Shown here one piece after another: positions 50,708 through 60,639 of a stretch of DNA of 64,000 nucleotides. The number at the start of each line of letters is the position of its first letter. The first letter of the stretch is position 1. Under the pieces are notes generated by a model, which was not told the DNA's origin, made no database searches, and saw nothing but the letters and a program-made list of their open reading frames with translations. The translations under genes were made by a program, and so were the position numbers. Source of the DNA: a virus. Location: positions 32,001-96,000 of the IMG/VR virus record IMGVR_UViG_3300025073_000027; one strand, 5' to 3'.

Positions 50708-51466
50708 ATGGCAAATTTAATATTTATCTTTCTATTTTTATTTAATTTAATATTACCAATAAATAATAACAATAATATAGATTATAAAAATGAATTAGAA
50801 AAATATAATATTATATTTACTGGTAATTGGTCTGAAACCAATTTATTTTATGTTTATTCGGGTATTGAATTAGTGGGAAATAAAATACTTGATTATTCTG
50901 ATATTCAAGGCAATTCTATTGATGCATTTGTATGGGCTTATAATATAACTAAAAGGAATCCATTTAAAATAGAATATTATGGTACAGGAAAAGTAGGAGG
51001 AATAGCGAGTTCTTCTAATAGAATAGGGTTTTCTGGTTTTTATAGAAATTATTATTCTTTATGTGAAGACATAGAATTAAGTTCTATAAATTTAGTAATA
51101 CATGAATTAGGACATGCTTTTGAATATTTGGTAGATGAAGAATTAGAGGTAGTTGAATTAATACCTTATATGGTATTAATAGATACAATAAAAAATACTT
51201 ATTTTCCAACTAGGGACGGTACAAATAATAATTTTGGTTTTTGCGGAATAAGGTGGGATTATCAACAAAGCCCAAGTATACATCCTAGAGAAGAATTTGC
51301 AGATATGTTTATAGGTTGGGTTTATGATTGTTGGGAGGATTCTGAAGATGGTAAATTGCGTAGTGAATTTATGGATATTCATATGTCGGTATGGTTAATA
51401 TTAGTAATAAAAGAACATTTTTATCATAAGAGTTACACATTTGGTAGTCGGTATTTTGTATATTAA
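50708..51466 (+). CDS. secreted or membrane-anchored zincin metallopeptidase
   Basis: Hydrophobic N-terminus; IHELGH...EEFADMF. Confidence 0.7.
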   Translation: MANLIFIFLFLFNLILPINNNNNIDYKNELEKYNIIFTGNWSETNLFYVYSGIELVGNKILDYSDIQGNSIDAFVWAYNITKRNPFKIEYYGTGKVGGIASSSNRIGFSGFYRNYYSLCEDIELSSINLVIHELGHAFEYLVDEELEVVELIPYMVLIDTIKNTYFPTRDGTNNNFGFCGIRWDYQQSPSIHPREEFADMFIGWVYDCWEDSEDGKLRSEFMDIHMSVWLILVIKEHFYHKSYTFGSRYFVY

Positions 51467-51500
51467 TGGTGGTTTTTGATATTTATTGGTATTTTTATAT

Positions 51501-51539
51501 AAAAAAGAGACTCGATTTTATTCGAGTCTCTTTTTTTTT
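51501..51539. terminator. bidirectional terminator between convergent blocks
   Basis: A6-GAGACTCGA-ttttat-TCGAGTCTC-T9. Confidence 0.85.
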
Positions 51540-51550
51540 ACGTTTTTGGA

Positions 51551-51868
51551 TTATTGTAGATAAGGTGGTAAATTTAATTGTTCTAACTTTTTAGAAAGTT
51601 TATTTGCTAATGCTTGTTCTACATCTACTCCTTCAGCAATTCCAGCAACAATAATCATCATTACAACGTCACCTAATTCTTTAGCGAGATCGTTTTTATC
51701 AAATTCTGGTTTATTTTCTGGATTATTTCTTATCCATCCACCATCTCTAGATAAATCTAATTCGTATACTTCTCCTAATTCTGTATGAACAAATTTAAGT
51801 GCTTGATGAAAATCAGGCCATTTTAAATTACGTTTTATGTAATAATCTTTTATTATATCAATTAACAT
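51551..51868 (-). CDS. MazG-like NTP pyrophosphohydrolase
   Basis: TELGEV...KELGDV. Confidence 0.8.
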   Translation of the reverse strand: MLIDIIKDYYIKRNLKWPDFHQALKFVHTELGEVYELDLSRDGGWIRNNPENKPEFDKNDLAKELGDVVMMIIVAGIAEGVDVEQALANKLSKKLEQLNLPPYLQ

Positions 51869-53771
51869 TTTTTTCCTTTGCTGGTTGCTCTAATATTTGA
51901 AATGTTTTTGAATTTTGTCTATATATCGTACCACCTTTTAATCCAACTTTCCACATATATAAATAAATATCATATATATCTTGAATGGTAGAATTTTCGG
52001 GAATATTAATAGTCTTAGATATTGCATTACTAATATATTTTTGCCATGCCGCTTGAATATCTACATGAGTTTTCCAATGAATTTCATTGGCAGTTTTAAA
52101 TAAATTTTGAATATCTTTAGAAACTAATTTGCATCCCGCAATAGTTCCATTGTTAAATGTATATTCTAAAATTTCTACTATTTCTTCTTTTGAATACCCA
52201 AATTCTTTTAGTTTTTTCTCTAGAGATGGATTTGTCTCAAATATGGAGTCTTTAGCCACATTTCCGATACCTTCTGTAATATTTCGCTTATACGCAAGTG
52301 CATAAAAAGGTTCTATGGAACTATTAACTCCTGCAATAATAGCAATGCTGCCCGTAGGTGCAAGGCTGGTGCAAGCAATATTTCGTAAACCCACTTCTTT
52401 CAATACATTAAAAGGTATTTTTGATATGTCATAAGGGTTATGATATAAAACCTTAGTAACTACATCAAGATTCACTTCATCTTTATTGTAATATCCAAAA
52501 GCACCACGTTCTCTTGCTAATTCAAATGATGTTTCCCAAGCGTGAAAATTAATAAACCATGATAAATATTCAGATAATTTGATTGCATCTTCAGAATCAT
52601 AGGGTATATTTAATTCTACCAATAAATCAGCAAATCCAAGTATCCCTACACCGAGTCTTCGAAGATTTTTGGTCATATCATTGATGTAATCCAATGGTGC
52701 TTTTGTAACTTCAGTTACATCTTCGAGGAATCGAGTTATTGTTTTTGTAATATCTTTCAATAATTCATAATCTATATCTTTTGTTTTCTTGTTGTATACT
52801 TCATGCAAATTTATTGATGCTAAAATACAACTTTCACCAGCAAGTAATGGAACTTCTCCGCAAGGATTCGTTGATTCAATATTACCCATATAAGGAGTCA
52901 TATTGTCTCGATTGATCGCATCGTAAAATAACTCCCCCGGATCTCCTGATAACCATGCCTGTTCTGCCATTTGATAAAGTATATCTCTTGCTTTAACAGT
53001 TTTAACAACCTTATTATTCAATGGTGAAATTAAATTCCAATCATCATCTTTTTCAACCGCTTGCATAAAATCATCAGTTAATAAAACTGAAATATTAAAA
53101 TGAGTAAGTTGATCATCTAATAAAGTTTTTTCTAATACTTTTTCATATTTTGTGTTTTTCAATCTACCGTCAAAGGCTTTTAAATTTCTATCATATTCTT
53201 CCATCAATCTTTCATTTCGATGATTCAATCTGGCTTTAAATCGAATAAAATGTTCTATGTCGGGATGAATTACGCTCAAAGAACCCAGTTGCGCTCCTCG
53301 TCTAGATGCTTGTTGAATTACTTCACCTGTTTGATCGAATAAAGACATGAAACTTAATGGGCCAGATGCTTGACCACCAGTAGATTTAATTTCAGCACCT
53401 TCTTCTCTAACATGACTAAATGAATAACCTACGCCACCACCCATAGCAAATATTTCTGCTGCATCTTTAAGCGTATTATAGATAGATGTTCGAGAATCTT
53501 CTACTCCAAGCACAAAGCAATTGGCAAGATTTTTAATTCCTGTTCCAGCATTAGCAATAATTCTACCGCCAGAAATGAATTTTAAATCATATAAATATTC
53601 ATAATACTTATCTGCAATTTCTTGTATTTCACTTTCAGTTTTTCCGTAAGGCTTTTCTCCCTCTGCTATAAAATCTGCAATATTTCTACATGCTTCTTTC
53701 CATACTTTTGTTTTTTTGGTTGAATATTTTAATGCAAATACCTTTTTACCCTTATCGTTAAGTTCTCCCAA
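51858..53771 (-). CDS. nrdJ: class II (AdoCbl-dependent) ribonucleotide reductase
   Basis: NCFV, GGGVG, RRGA, TNPCGE, RRLGVG, APTGS, ISKTIN, KGGTIYR; no beta-subunit gene adjacent. Confidence 0.85.
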   Translation of the reverse strand: MGELNDKGKKVFALKYSTKKTKVWKEACRNIADFIAEGEKPYGKTESEIQEIADKYYEYLYDLKFISGGRIIANAGTGIKNLANCFVLGVEDSRTSIYNTLKDAAEIFAMGGGVGYSFSHVREEGAEIKSTGGQASGPLSFMSLFDQTGEVIQQASRRGAQLGSLSVIHPDIEHFIRFKARLNHRNERLMEEYDRNLKAFDGRLKNTKYEKVLEKTLLDDQLTHFNISVLLTDDFMQAVEKDDDWNLISPLNNKVVKTVKARDILYQMAEQAWLSGDPGELFYDAINRDNMTPYMGNIESTNPCGEVPLLAGESCILASINLHEVYNKKTKDIDYELLKDITKTITRFLEDVTEVTKAPLDYINDMTKNLRRLGVGILGFADLLVELNIPYDSEDAIKLSEYLSWFINFHAWETSFELARERGAFGYYNKDEVNLDVVTKVLYHNPYDISKIPFNVLKEVGLRNIACTSLAPTGSIAIIAGVNSSIEPFYALAYKRNITEGIGNVAKDSIFETNPSLEKKLKEFGYSKEEIVEILEYTFNNGTIAGCKLVSKDIQNLFKTANEIHWKTHVDIQAAWQKYISNAISKTINIPENSTIQDIYDIYLYMWKVGLKGGTIYRQNSKTFQILEQPAKEKNVN

Positions 53772-53793
53772 AATTTTTAAACTACCTCCTAAA

Positions 53794-53811
53794 ATAAAAG
53801 ATGAATTTCAT
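53794..53811. repeat. variant palindrome ATAAAA-GATGAA-TTTCAT
   Basis: Contains the TGA of the kinase gene; the nrdJ SD follows on the - strand. Confidence 0.6.
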
Positions 53812-54344
53812 TGTAAATTAATAATAGATATAAATTTATCTACTTCAATTTCTAATTTATTTAATCCGCTTTCTGAATAAATATTGTAATCATGTTCAAA
53901 ATTGATTAATTCTGTTTCCGATATATGATTTTTCTGTTTTTCTGTTAAATTATTTTTAAAATTTAATCTATGTACTCGCATAGATATAACATTATTTGGA
54001 AATCTTGCTTGTGGATAATATATTTCGTTTTTATATCTGGTATCAGCAATGGCAAAATAATCATAATAATCACTTAATATATCAATAATATCGCAAGATT
54101 TTTCAATCCAATATAAAGGTTTTTTTAATTCCCATCTTACTTTTTCTGTTCCTAATGTTTGTAGCAATGTTCTTCCTATTTCATCTTTTTCTCCATTCCA
54201 ATTCATATATTGTTTAGCAATATATTTTAAATAATCTGCATTATGTAATATTAAAGTTTTACCAGATAATTTTTGTTTTAAAAAATTGGCAGTAGAATCT
54301 TTACCGTGTTGAGCTAAACCACTAATTAAAAATATTTTGTTCAT
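53808..54344 (-). CDS. P-loop deoxynucleoside monophosphate kinase-like protein
   Basis: ISGLAQHGKD, ADYLK, RTLLQ.LGT, DTRY.NE, HISE. Confidence 0.8.
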   Translation of the reverse strand: MNKIFLISGLAQHGKDSTANFLKQKLSGKTLILHNADYLKYIAKQYMNWNGEKDEIGRTLLQTLGTEKVRWELKKPLYWIEKSCDIIDILSDYYDYFAIADTRYKNEIYYPQARFPNNVISMRVHRLNFKNNLTEKQKNHISETELINFEHDYNIYSESGLNKLEIEVDKFISIINLQ

Positions 54345-54870
54345 TTTTATATGCTTTTATAGTTTTTATTATATCTTCCCAACCATTTACTCTATTTTTA
54401 TAATTATAATTTTCATTCCATGGAGCATTTATTAAAAGTCCATATGCTGTAGTATTTATAATATTATCGTAATTATCATCTATCATTATTGTTCCATTTA
54501 ATAAAAATTTTGATGCCGTTTGTATATAATGATCATCTTTATTCCAAAATTTATTATTTTTTAACCATTGATATTTATATACTGATCCTTCGGGTGTACC
54601 ACCAGTTACATAAACAATTTTAAAATTTAAATCACGTAAAATATTTATTCCTTCGAGGGCATACGGTAGTGGTTTTATATAATTATAAAGAGTTTTAGAT
54701 TTTAAAAATTCATAAATTTTATCTCCACATTCGGGAACTGTATATTGAACTAAATTCCAATCTTTAATTTGTTTAATTTTAAGTTTATCTTTATATTTTT
54801 GATTATATCTACGAATCCAGACCTTAATTGTATCTGCAATTGTATCGTCAATGTCTATAAGGGCATACAT
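54322..54870 (-). CDS. 5'(3')-deoxyribonucleotidase (HAD family)
   Basis: IDIDDTIAD, YVT, K..WL, MIDD, PWN. Confidence 0.85.
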   Translation of the reverse strand: MYALIDIDDTIADTIKVWIRRYNQKYKDKLKIKQIKDWNLVQYTVPECGDKIYEFLKSKTLYNYIKPLPYALEGINILRDLNFKIVYVTGGTPEGSVYKYQWLKNNKFWNKDDHYIQTASKFLLNGTIMIDDNYDNIINTTAYGLLINAPWNENYNYKNRVNGWEDIIKTIKAYKNEQNIFN

Positions 54871-54879
54871 ATTTATTCC

Positions 54880-55146
54880 TTATAATTTTATAACTTCTAG
54901 TTTGGGTTCTTCTCTTATTTCAAAATCGACTTTATTATCAGTATTAGGAAAAATAGTGGCCCTCATTCCAATATATTTTTTACATAATTTTTTTGCTTCG
55001 AACCATTTAAGGTTTTTACCAAGAATAATTAATTTTCGTATACGATGTGTTCTTTTTGTGTTTTTCTTTATATCTATTACCTCTTTTTTTTCATAAGACC
55101 ATCCTTTCACACTAAATAGTTTCTTTTCTTTTTTATCAGTATCCAT
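54880..55146 (-). CDS. small basic hypothetical protein
   Basis: AAGGAG SD; lies within the operon. Confidence 0.6.
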   Translation of the reverse strand: MDTDKKEKKLFSVKGWSYEKKEVIDIKKNTKRTHRIRKLIILGKNLKWFEAKKLCKKYIGMRATIFPNTDNKVDFEIREEPKLEVIKL

Positions 55147-55182
55147 TATTTATTATTTTCTCCTTTTATTTGTTATAAATTT

Positions 55183-56121
55183 TTATATAATATTTTCGTT
55201 TATTGGAACTGCTTTAGCCTTATGTGGTATTTCTTTATATGATTCACAATTAAGATAAGTACATGCGCTACGAATACCCCATAAAATCTGATTGAGAATT
55301 TTTTCTAACGGTTGTCTTTGAGCAATATCTAATTCTGTTTCTTTTCCTTCAATAGATTTAATTTCTTTACCGTTGTTGATATGATTTTTTTCAGAAGCCA
55401 TACCGAAAATTTTACCTGTATTTTCTGCTTCAAATGTATTGGCAATCATTCCACCTAACATAGCAAAATCTGCACCTGCATAAAAAGAATGAACTATATC
55501 GCCAGATTGTTTTATACCTCCATCTGCCACAATTCCAATATTTATTTCAGAACATTCTTTAATTGCCGCTAATTGATTTCTGCTTACGCCAGTTACACGG
55601 CGAGTAAGGCAATTTGACCCTGGTCCAATTCCTATTCTTGCCCAGTTAAATCCACAATCTAATAAATGTATAGCAGCTTCTTTTGTAATAATATTTCCAC
55701 ACATTATAGAAATATCATCGCCTAGTTCTTTTCTTAATTGTTCCCCATATTCCTTGAGATTAGATAAATATCCATTAGCTATATCCACTGTAATTAAGAT
55801 TGCTCCATGATCTATTGCATATTTAGCAAGATCAATTTCCCATTGACCGCTTAATCCAATCGCAACACCAAAAGGAACATCAGCTTTATAAACTTTGCGA
55901 ATATCTGCTTGTCGATCAATATAGACTTTAAATCTATGAAGAATTCCCAAACAATTATTTTTACCCATTTCAATTACGAGTTCACTTCCCGAAATTCCAG
56001 CCATAGGTGAACTCATTATTGGGTATAAATTATGAAAATTACTTTCTAATTTAACATTCCCTCTATGATTTATACAACTAATGCTTTTTGGGATTAAATA
56101 AATACTATCATAATCATCCAT
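55183..56121 (-). CDS. guaC: GMP reductase / IMPDH-family protein
   Basis: SSPM, GILHRF, VDIANG, GNI, GIGPGSNCLTR, ADGGIK, GMAS; no CBS domains. Confidence 0.75.
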   Translation of the reverse strand: MDDYDSIYLIPKSISCINHRGNVKLESNFHNLYPIMSSPMAGISGSELVIEMGKNNCLGILHRFKVYIDRQADIRKVYKADVPFGVAIGLSGQWEIDLAKYAIDHGAILITVDIANGYLSNLKEYGEQLRKELGDDISIMCGNIITKEAAIHLLDCGFNWARIGIGPGSNCLTRRVTGVSRNQLAAIKECSEINIGIVADGGIKQSGDIVHSFYAGADFAMLGGMIANTFEAENTGKIFGMASEKNHINNGKEIKSIEGKETELDIAQRQPLEKILNQILWGIRSACTYLNCESYKEIPHKAKAVPINENII

Positions 56122-56175
56122 TAATACTTTATTGAATTCTCCTTTATTATTTATAATTTATAAATTATTACATTA

Positions 56176-56268
56176 TAATATAAAATAAAAACACTCAATC
56201 TGTTCACTCGATTGTTTTCCCCCATATTAACCGGGTGAAGCACCGTTGAGTATTTTTATTTTGTATTA
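56176..56268. promoter_or_regulatory. long imperfect inverted repeat in the guaC leader, near the serine recombinase
   Basis: About 23-bp outer arms plus inner TTCACTCG/CGGGTGAA stem. Confidence 0.55.
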
Positions 56269-56337
56269 AAATAATTGTTTGTTTTTATTTTTATTTATTA
56301 TTATTATCTTTTATTAAATATTGAAATTATAGAATAT

Positions 56338-56366
56338 ATTTTACCACAAAATGTAAATTTTGTCAA
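56338..56366 (-). promoter_or_regulatory. sigmaA-type promoter for the nucleotide-metabolism operon
   Basis: TTGACA-17 bp-TAAAAT with extended TG on the - strand. Confidence 0.7.
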
Positions 56367-56404
56367 GCAAATTTATTACCCTTATTTTTATAGTAATATT
56401 GTTC

Positions 56405-56433
56405 TTGCATTGATTTTGATTTTATATTATACT
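56405..56433 (+). promoter_or_regulatory. sigmaA-type promoter for the serine recombinase
   Basis: TTGCAT-17 bp-TATACT. Confidence 0.55.
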
Positions 56434-56497
56434 TCTGTATGTAACATTTATGTTGGATTGTTTCATAAACATTGTGTTAAATATTTGAGGTTAAATT

Positions 56498-58351
56498 ATG
56501 AATCAATATGCAGAAAAAGAATTATCTGGTTTAGTCTTTCAAACATTTGAACAACTGGCAATAAATGGTTATATTGGTGATCCCTCTGGTGAAGACGCTT
56601 ATGGATATTTGAGAGTATCTACAGATCAGCAAGCAGATGAAAATCGTGCTGGATTACCTAGACAAATTGAACGAATTCATGAAATATCAAAAGAAAAAAG
56701 AAAACGAATTAGTTGGGATAGAATAGTAGCAGATGATTTTTCTGGTTTTGATTTTGAGCATAGACCTCAATTACAAAAGTTATTAAAAGAAACCATAAAT
56801 CCTAATACTCGTAGAGCAAATGTAATTGTAATGGAACAATTAGATAGATTAAGTCGTCAAGCTGATTGGCATCAAGGTTATTTGCTTGAAAAATTTATTA
56901 AAGATCGTGGGATGGAAGTTATTTTTTGGAAATCCTTTGGCAGTCGAATTGAAAGAGTAGTAATGGGGGCTATTTCTCAAGATGGCATGGAAGATGCTCA
57001 AGGAAGAATGAAAGATGGTAAAAAACGTAAAGCAAAAAATAAAAAAGTTACCGCTTCTGTTCGTGCCTATGGATATGAGCGAGTAGATCCAGATGGTAAA
57101 TTTTCAGAAAGAACACAAAGAGAAACGCATTATAAAATAAAAGACGATGAATCTATTTGGATTATTTTTATTTTTAATGAAATTGCTATTAAAGGTACAT
57201 CTGCTAGGCAAGTGGCTAAAATGTTAAATGAAAAGAGTGTACTTTGTAGAAATTCTAAAGCGTGGGAAGCAAGTGATATTACTCGTATTATACATAATCC
57301 ACTATATAAAGGTATGTTCACAGCAAATCGATATCGTGAATATAAAATGGAAGTGGTGGAGAACGGTGTTAGTCGATTAATTAATAAAACTGAAATGCGA
57401 CCAGAATCAGAATGGATTTATGTTCCTGTACCCCCCACAGTTAGTGAAGAAATGTGGGAATTAGCAAATAATATGCTTTCTAAAAATAAGCAAATGTCTC
57501 CTCGAAATCAAAAAAAATATATTTATATTTTATCTGGATTAATTAAATGTGCTACTTGTGGATATACACTTGTTGGAGATGTTAAAACTGTTAAAGCTGG
57601 TACTAATCGAATGAAAGAAACTAAAACCTATCGTTATTATCGTTGTACTTCTACTACTGCTTGGCGTAAAAAAAACTATAAAATGGAATGTAATCAAAAA
57701 TCTATCTCAGTTGAAAAATTAGAGGAAACCGTTTGGTCAGTCATTAGGAAAGTAATATATGAACCAGAAATATTATTGCAAGCAATGGATGCTGAATATA
57801 ATAGTATAAGCAATCAACAAATTATTGATACAATTAAACACTTAGAAAATGAAATAAATAAATTAGAAAAACATTTGGCTAAAGACTATGAATTATATAG
57901 AAATGATTATCTTACTGCACAAGAATTTGGAGAAAAGAAGCGTTTATATGAATTAGATATTAATAATAAATCAAGAGAAATAGAACAACGCAATAATCAA
58001 ATTATTACTCAGGATAAATTAGAACAACGCAAAGAATTTATATTGGGATTATCTGAAAGGGCAAAGCAATATGATTATGGTAAAAACGCCCCTACTAACA
58101 TAAAACAAACATTGATTAAGTCTATAGTTGAAACAATATATGTTAATTCTAATGAAGGTTGGGTGACAATAACTGGTCAAATTAAGGGAACATGGTCATT
58201 GATTGATAATAATGCTTTACATATTGTGAAACAATCATTGGAACGAATGTTATACAATAGGGAAACATTGCGTTTCAAAATACATTATTGGATAAAAGAT
58301 GGCATTACATCTTCTATAACATTGCTCTCTAGTGATCCAAATCTAGATTGA
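56498..58351 (+). CDS. large serine recombinase (integrase)
   Basis: YLRVSTDQQ, DRLSR, YGY, NPLYKG, LSGLIKCATCG, YYRC, coiled coil. Confidence 0.92.
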   Translation: MNQYAEKELSGLVFQTFEQLAINGYIGDPSGEDAYGYLRVSTDQQADENRAGLPRQIERIHEISKEKRKRISWDRIVADDFSGFDFEHRPQLQKLLKETINPNTRRANVIVMEQLDRLSRQADWHQGYLLEKFIKDRGMEVIFWKSFGSRIERVVMGAISQDGMEDAQGRMKDGKKRKAKNKKVTASVRAYGYERVDPDGKFSERTQRETHYKIKDDESIWIIFIFNEIAIKGTSARQVAKMLNEKSVLCRNSKAWEASDITRIIHNPLYKGMFTANRYREYKMEVVENGVSRLINKTEMRPESEWIYVPVPPTVSEEMWELANNMLSKNKQMSPRNQKKYIYILSGLIKCATCGYTLVGDVKTVKAGTNRMKETKTYRYYRCTSTTAWRKKNYKMECNQKSISVEKLEETVWSVIRKVIYEPEILLQAMDAEYNSISNQQIIDTIKHLENEINKLEKHLAKDYELYRNDYLTAQEFGEKKRLYELDINNKSREIEQRNNQIITQDKLEQRKEFILGLSERAKQYDYGKNAPTNIKQTLIKSIVETIYVNSNEGWVTITGQIKGTWSLIDNNALHIVKQSLERMLYNRETLRFKIHYWIKDGITSSITLLSSDPNLD

Positions 58352-58493
58352 TCTTCTTGAATTAGATATTCAAGCCAAAGAGATAAAGAGTTTTGAAAAC
58401 TCAGCATTTGGAGATTGCTTATTTCTGATAAATTTAATGTTACTTCGTTTAATACATTATTATCATTATTCATTATGAGTTCCTATTATTATT

Positions 58494-58754
58494 TTATTTA
58501 TTATAATGTGAAAGATCTAAAAGATCTAAAGGATTGTTTCTTTCTAATCTTAGAACAGTTTCAATTAAACCATCTTCGCTATCTAATTCAAAACCTAAAA
58601 CTTCACATTTATAGCGTCCATTATATCTTTGCTGATTTTCCTCAGTAAGTCCTATTTCAATTGCTTTTTTTGTACTGGTGTAAACACCCACAATATAGGA
58701 GTGAGCATGGCGATCACCATATTTATACATTATTACTGTATAGATTTTATTCAT
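58494..58754 (-). CDS. hypothetical protein
   Basis: AAGGA SD; HSYIVGVY. Confidence 0.65.
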   Translation of the reverse strand: MNKIYTVIMYKYGDRHAHSYIVGVYTSTKKAIEIGLTEENQQRYNGRYKCEVLGFELDSEDGLIETVLRLERNNPLDLLDLSHYNK

Positions 58755-58770
58755 TGTTATTTATCCTTAT

Positions 58771-58788
58771 ATAAAAGCTAAATTTCGT
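58771..58788. repeat. variant palindrome ATAAAA-GCTAAA-TTTCGT
   Basis: Immediately upstream of the SD of 58494..58754. Confidence 0.5.
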
Positions 58789-58810
58789 TATATATTATTT
58801 GAATATTTTA

Positions 58811-60028
58811 TTAGATTATATTAACTCTAATTGGGTACAACGATATACCCTTTATCCTGTCATCATATATAAATTCAGGATTACATTTTCTTAAAATATT
58901 AAAACTTCCATTTACATCAGCATTAATCAAAGTGCCATTTTTGGATTGATATAAACCTCTTTTAATTCTTTTTCCACTAAATTTATATTTACCAAATTTA
59001 TCAGGTATAACATCATTATCAATAAAACTGGATTTACTCGTATATTGTTCAGTCATTATTTGAACTTTAATTCCATTTTCCTCTGCTTTATAAATAATCT
59101 TATTTATCAAAGATTCAAAAGGAATTTGAACAAATTTTTGATTATTCTTTTTTCCAATATTGCTTTTTCTTTGCCAATCTTTATTTCTACCAATCACTAT
59201 GTTGTCTATATTATTTTCAATACAATAGTTTATAATCCAGCGACTTACTTTATGTATATGATCTTCTGTAATATTATTTTTTTTAGTTGATATTTTTTTA
59301 ATTCTATTGGATGTACCCTTTCCTATATAACCTTCAGCTTTAGCGAACAATTTATTGTAATAATTATTTATTGATTTTATTATTTTGCCATTTATAACAA
59401 TGGGCTGTAATCCTATGTTATTAGTTAATGTAGCAAAATTATTTATTCCTAAATCAATTGCTAGATGGTTATTATTATAATTTGTTTTTTCTTCAGCTTC
59501 TTTCTCATAAACTATTTCTATTTTATAGCAAGATCCATATGGTACTATTCTGATTTGTTTTAATTCATTTTTGACTATATTGGTTTCTATAAATTTATTT
59601 CTTTTCAAAGAACCCTTTTCTTGAAAATAACATTTATTATCTATTATTTTTAATTGTTGTTTATCAAAAAATGTAACAAATCTTCCATTTTTATTTTTAT
59701 ATTTGGGCAATTTTGGCATACCGCAATATTTCGATTTATTTTTACTCCAATCTTTTATCGCTCTAAAATATGATTTCCAATCTGATCCTAATCGCATAAT
59801 GGTCATTTGAGAAGTTTTAGATGGCAAGGCTTTAAATAATTCATGATGTTTATATTGTTTATTTAAATCAAAAGCAAATAACAATTTTTTATTATTTATA
59901 AATTCCTGTCGCATTATATAGTTGATAAAATTATATAAATTCTTTGATTTATAACATAAATCATCACAATATTTAAATAATCTGTGATTTCGATCAATGA
60001 TATGAATTTGAGTTCTTAATAATTTCAT
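58811..60028 (-). CDS. tnpB: IS200/IS605-family TnpB RNA-guided nuclease (no tnpA in window)
   Basis: LAIDLGINN (RuvC-I), EQYTSK, INADVNG (RuvC-III); 3' hairpin GGGTATA/TGTACCC. Confidence 0.9.
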   Translation of the reverse strand: MKLLRTQIHIIDRNHRLFKYCDDLCYKSKNLYNFINYIMRQEFINNKKLLFAFDLNKQYKHHELFKALPSKTSQMTIMRLGSDWKSYFRAIKDWSKNKSKYCGMPKLPKYKNKNGRFVTFFDKQQLKIIDNKCYFQEKGSLKRNKFIETNIVKNELKQIRIVPYGSCYKIEIVYEKEAEEKTNYNNNHLAIDLGINNFATLTNNIGLQPIVINGKIIKSINNYYNKLFAKAEGYIGKGTSNRIKKISTKKNNITEDHIHKVSRWIINYCIENNIDNIVIGRNKDWQRKSNIGKKNNQKFVQIPFESLINKIIYKAEENGIKVQIMTEQYTSKSSFIDNDVIPDKFGKYKFSGKRIKRGLYQSKNGTLINADVNGSFNILRKCNPEFIYDDRIKGISLYPIRVNII

Positions 60029-60036
60029 TTTTTTTA

Positions 60037-60621
60037 TTATATATTATATTTTTTATCGGCAATATCTATTTCTACAAATTCTAATTGTTGAGGCAGATTA
60101 AAATATCGAGTTAACCAAAAACTATGATAATAAGAAGAATGACCTGTAGCACCCGATTTTCCACTTGGGGTTATGTAATCTATTCTTCTCGTTGGAACTA
60201 ATCCTTGACAATCATATTCTGAAAATAATTTTGCCATCTTTTGACACATATCAAACGGTATAAGAAAGGCAAATGGTATATCGTGTTTAATTGCTTTATC
60301 TATGAATCTGTATTTTAAAGAAAAAGGCGGGTTTGTAATAATTGCTGTCGGTTCATTAAACATTAATGTGTCTTCTAATAGAAAATTAATTGGTTGATTG
60401 CCATTTACTATTCTAATATCGGATGCAAATATATAATATCCATATTTTTGAAGTCTATTAATAATTTTTCCTTCGCCAGCAGAACATTCCCAAATTTTGT
60501 GAATATTTTTTGGAATAAATGATACTAATAAATCAACAGCATAATTAGGAGTTTGAAATAGATCTCTACCCTGCACTTCATTTATTATTTCCGGTTGATT
60601 TGTTTTAGGTTTATTACTCAT
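60037..60621 (-). CDS. DNA adenine methyltransferase
   Basis: FQTP, WECSAGEG (motif I), ITNPPF (motif IV). Confidence 0.85.
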   Translation of the reverse strand: MSNKPKTNQPEIINEVQGRDLFQTPNYAVDLLVSFIPKNIHKIWECSAGEGKIINRLQKYGYYIFASDIRIVNGNQPINFLLEDTLMFNEPTAIITNPPFSLKYRFIDKAIKHDIPFAFLIPFDMCQKMAKLFSEYDCQGLVPTRRIDYITPSGKSGATGHSSYYHSFWLTRYFNLPQQLEFVEIDIADKKYNI

Positions 60622-60639
60622 ATTATTTATTATCCTTTA

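Noticed and set aside
51858-53771. Inteins or introns in NrdJ, TerL or the RNAP
   Set aside because: Lengths are ordinary and no splicing motifs were seen
56275-56550. 91-aa hydrophobic ORF upstream of the integrase
   Set aside because: Spans the divergent promoters in T-rich intergenic DNA and has no SD
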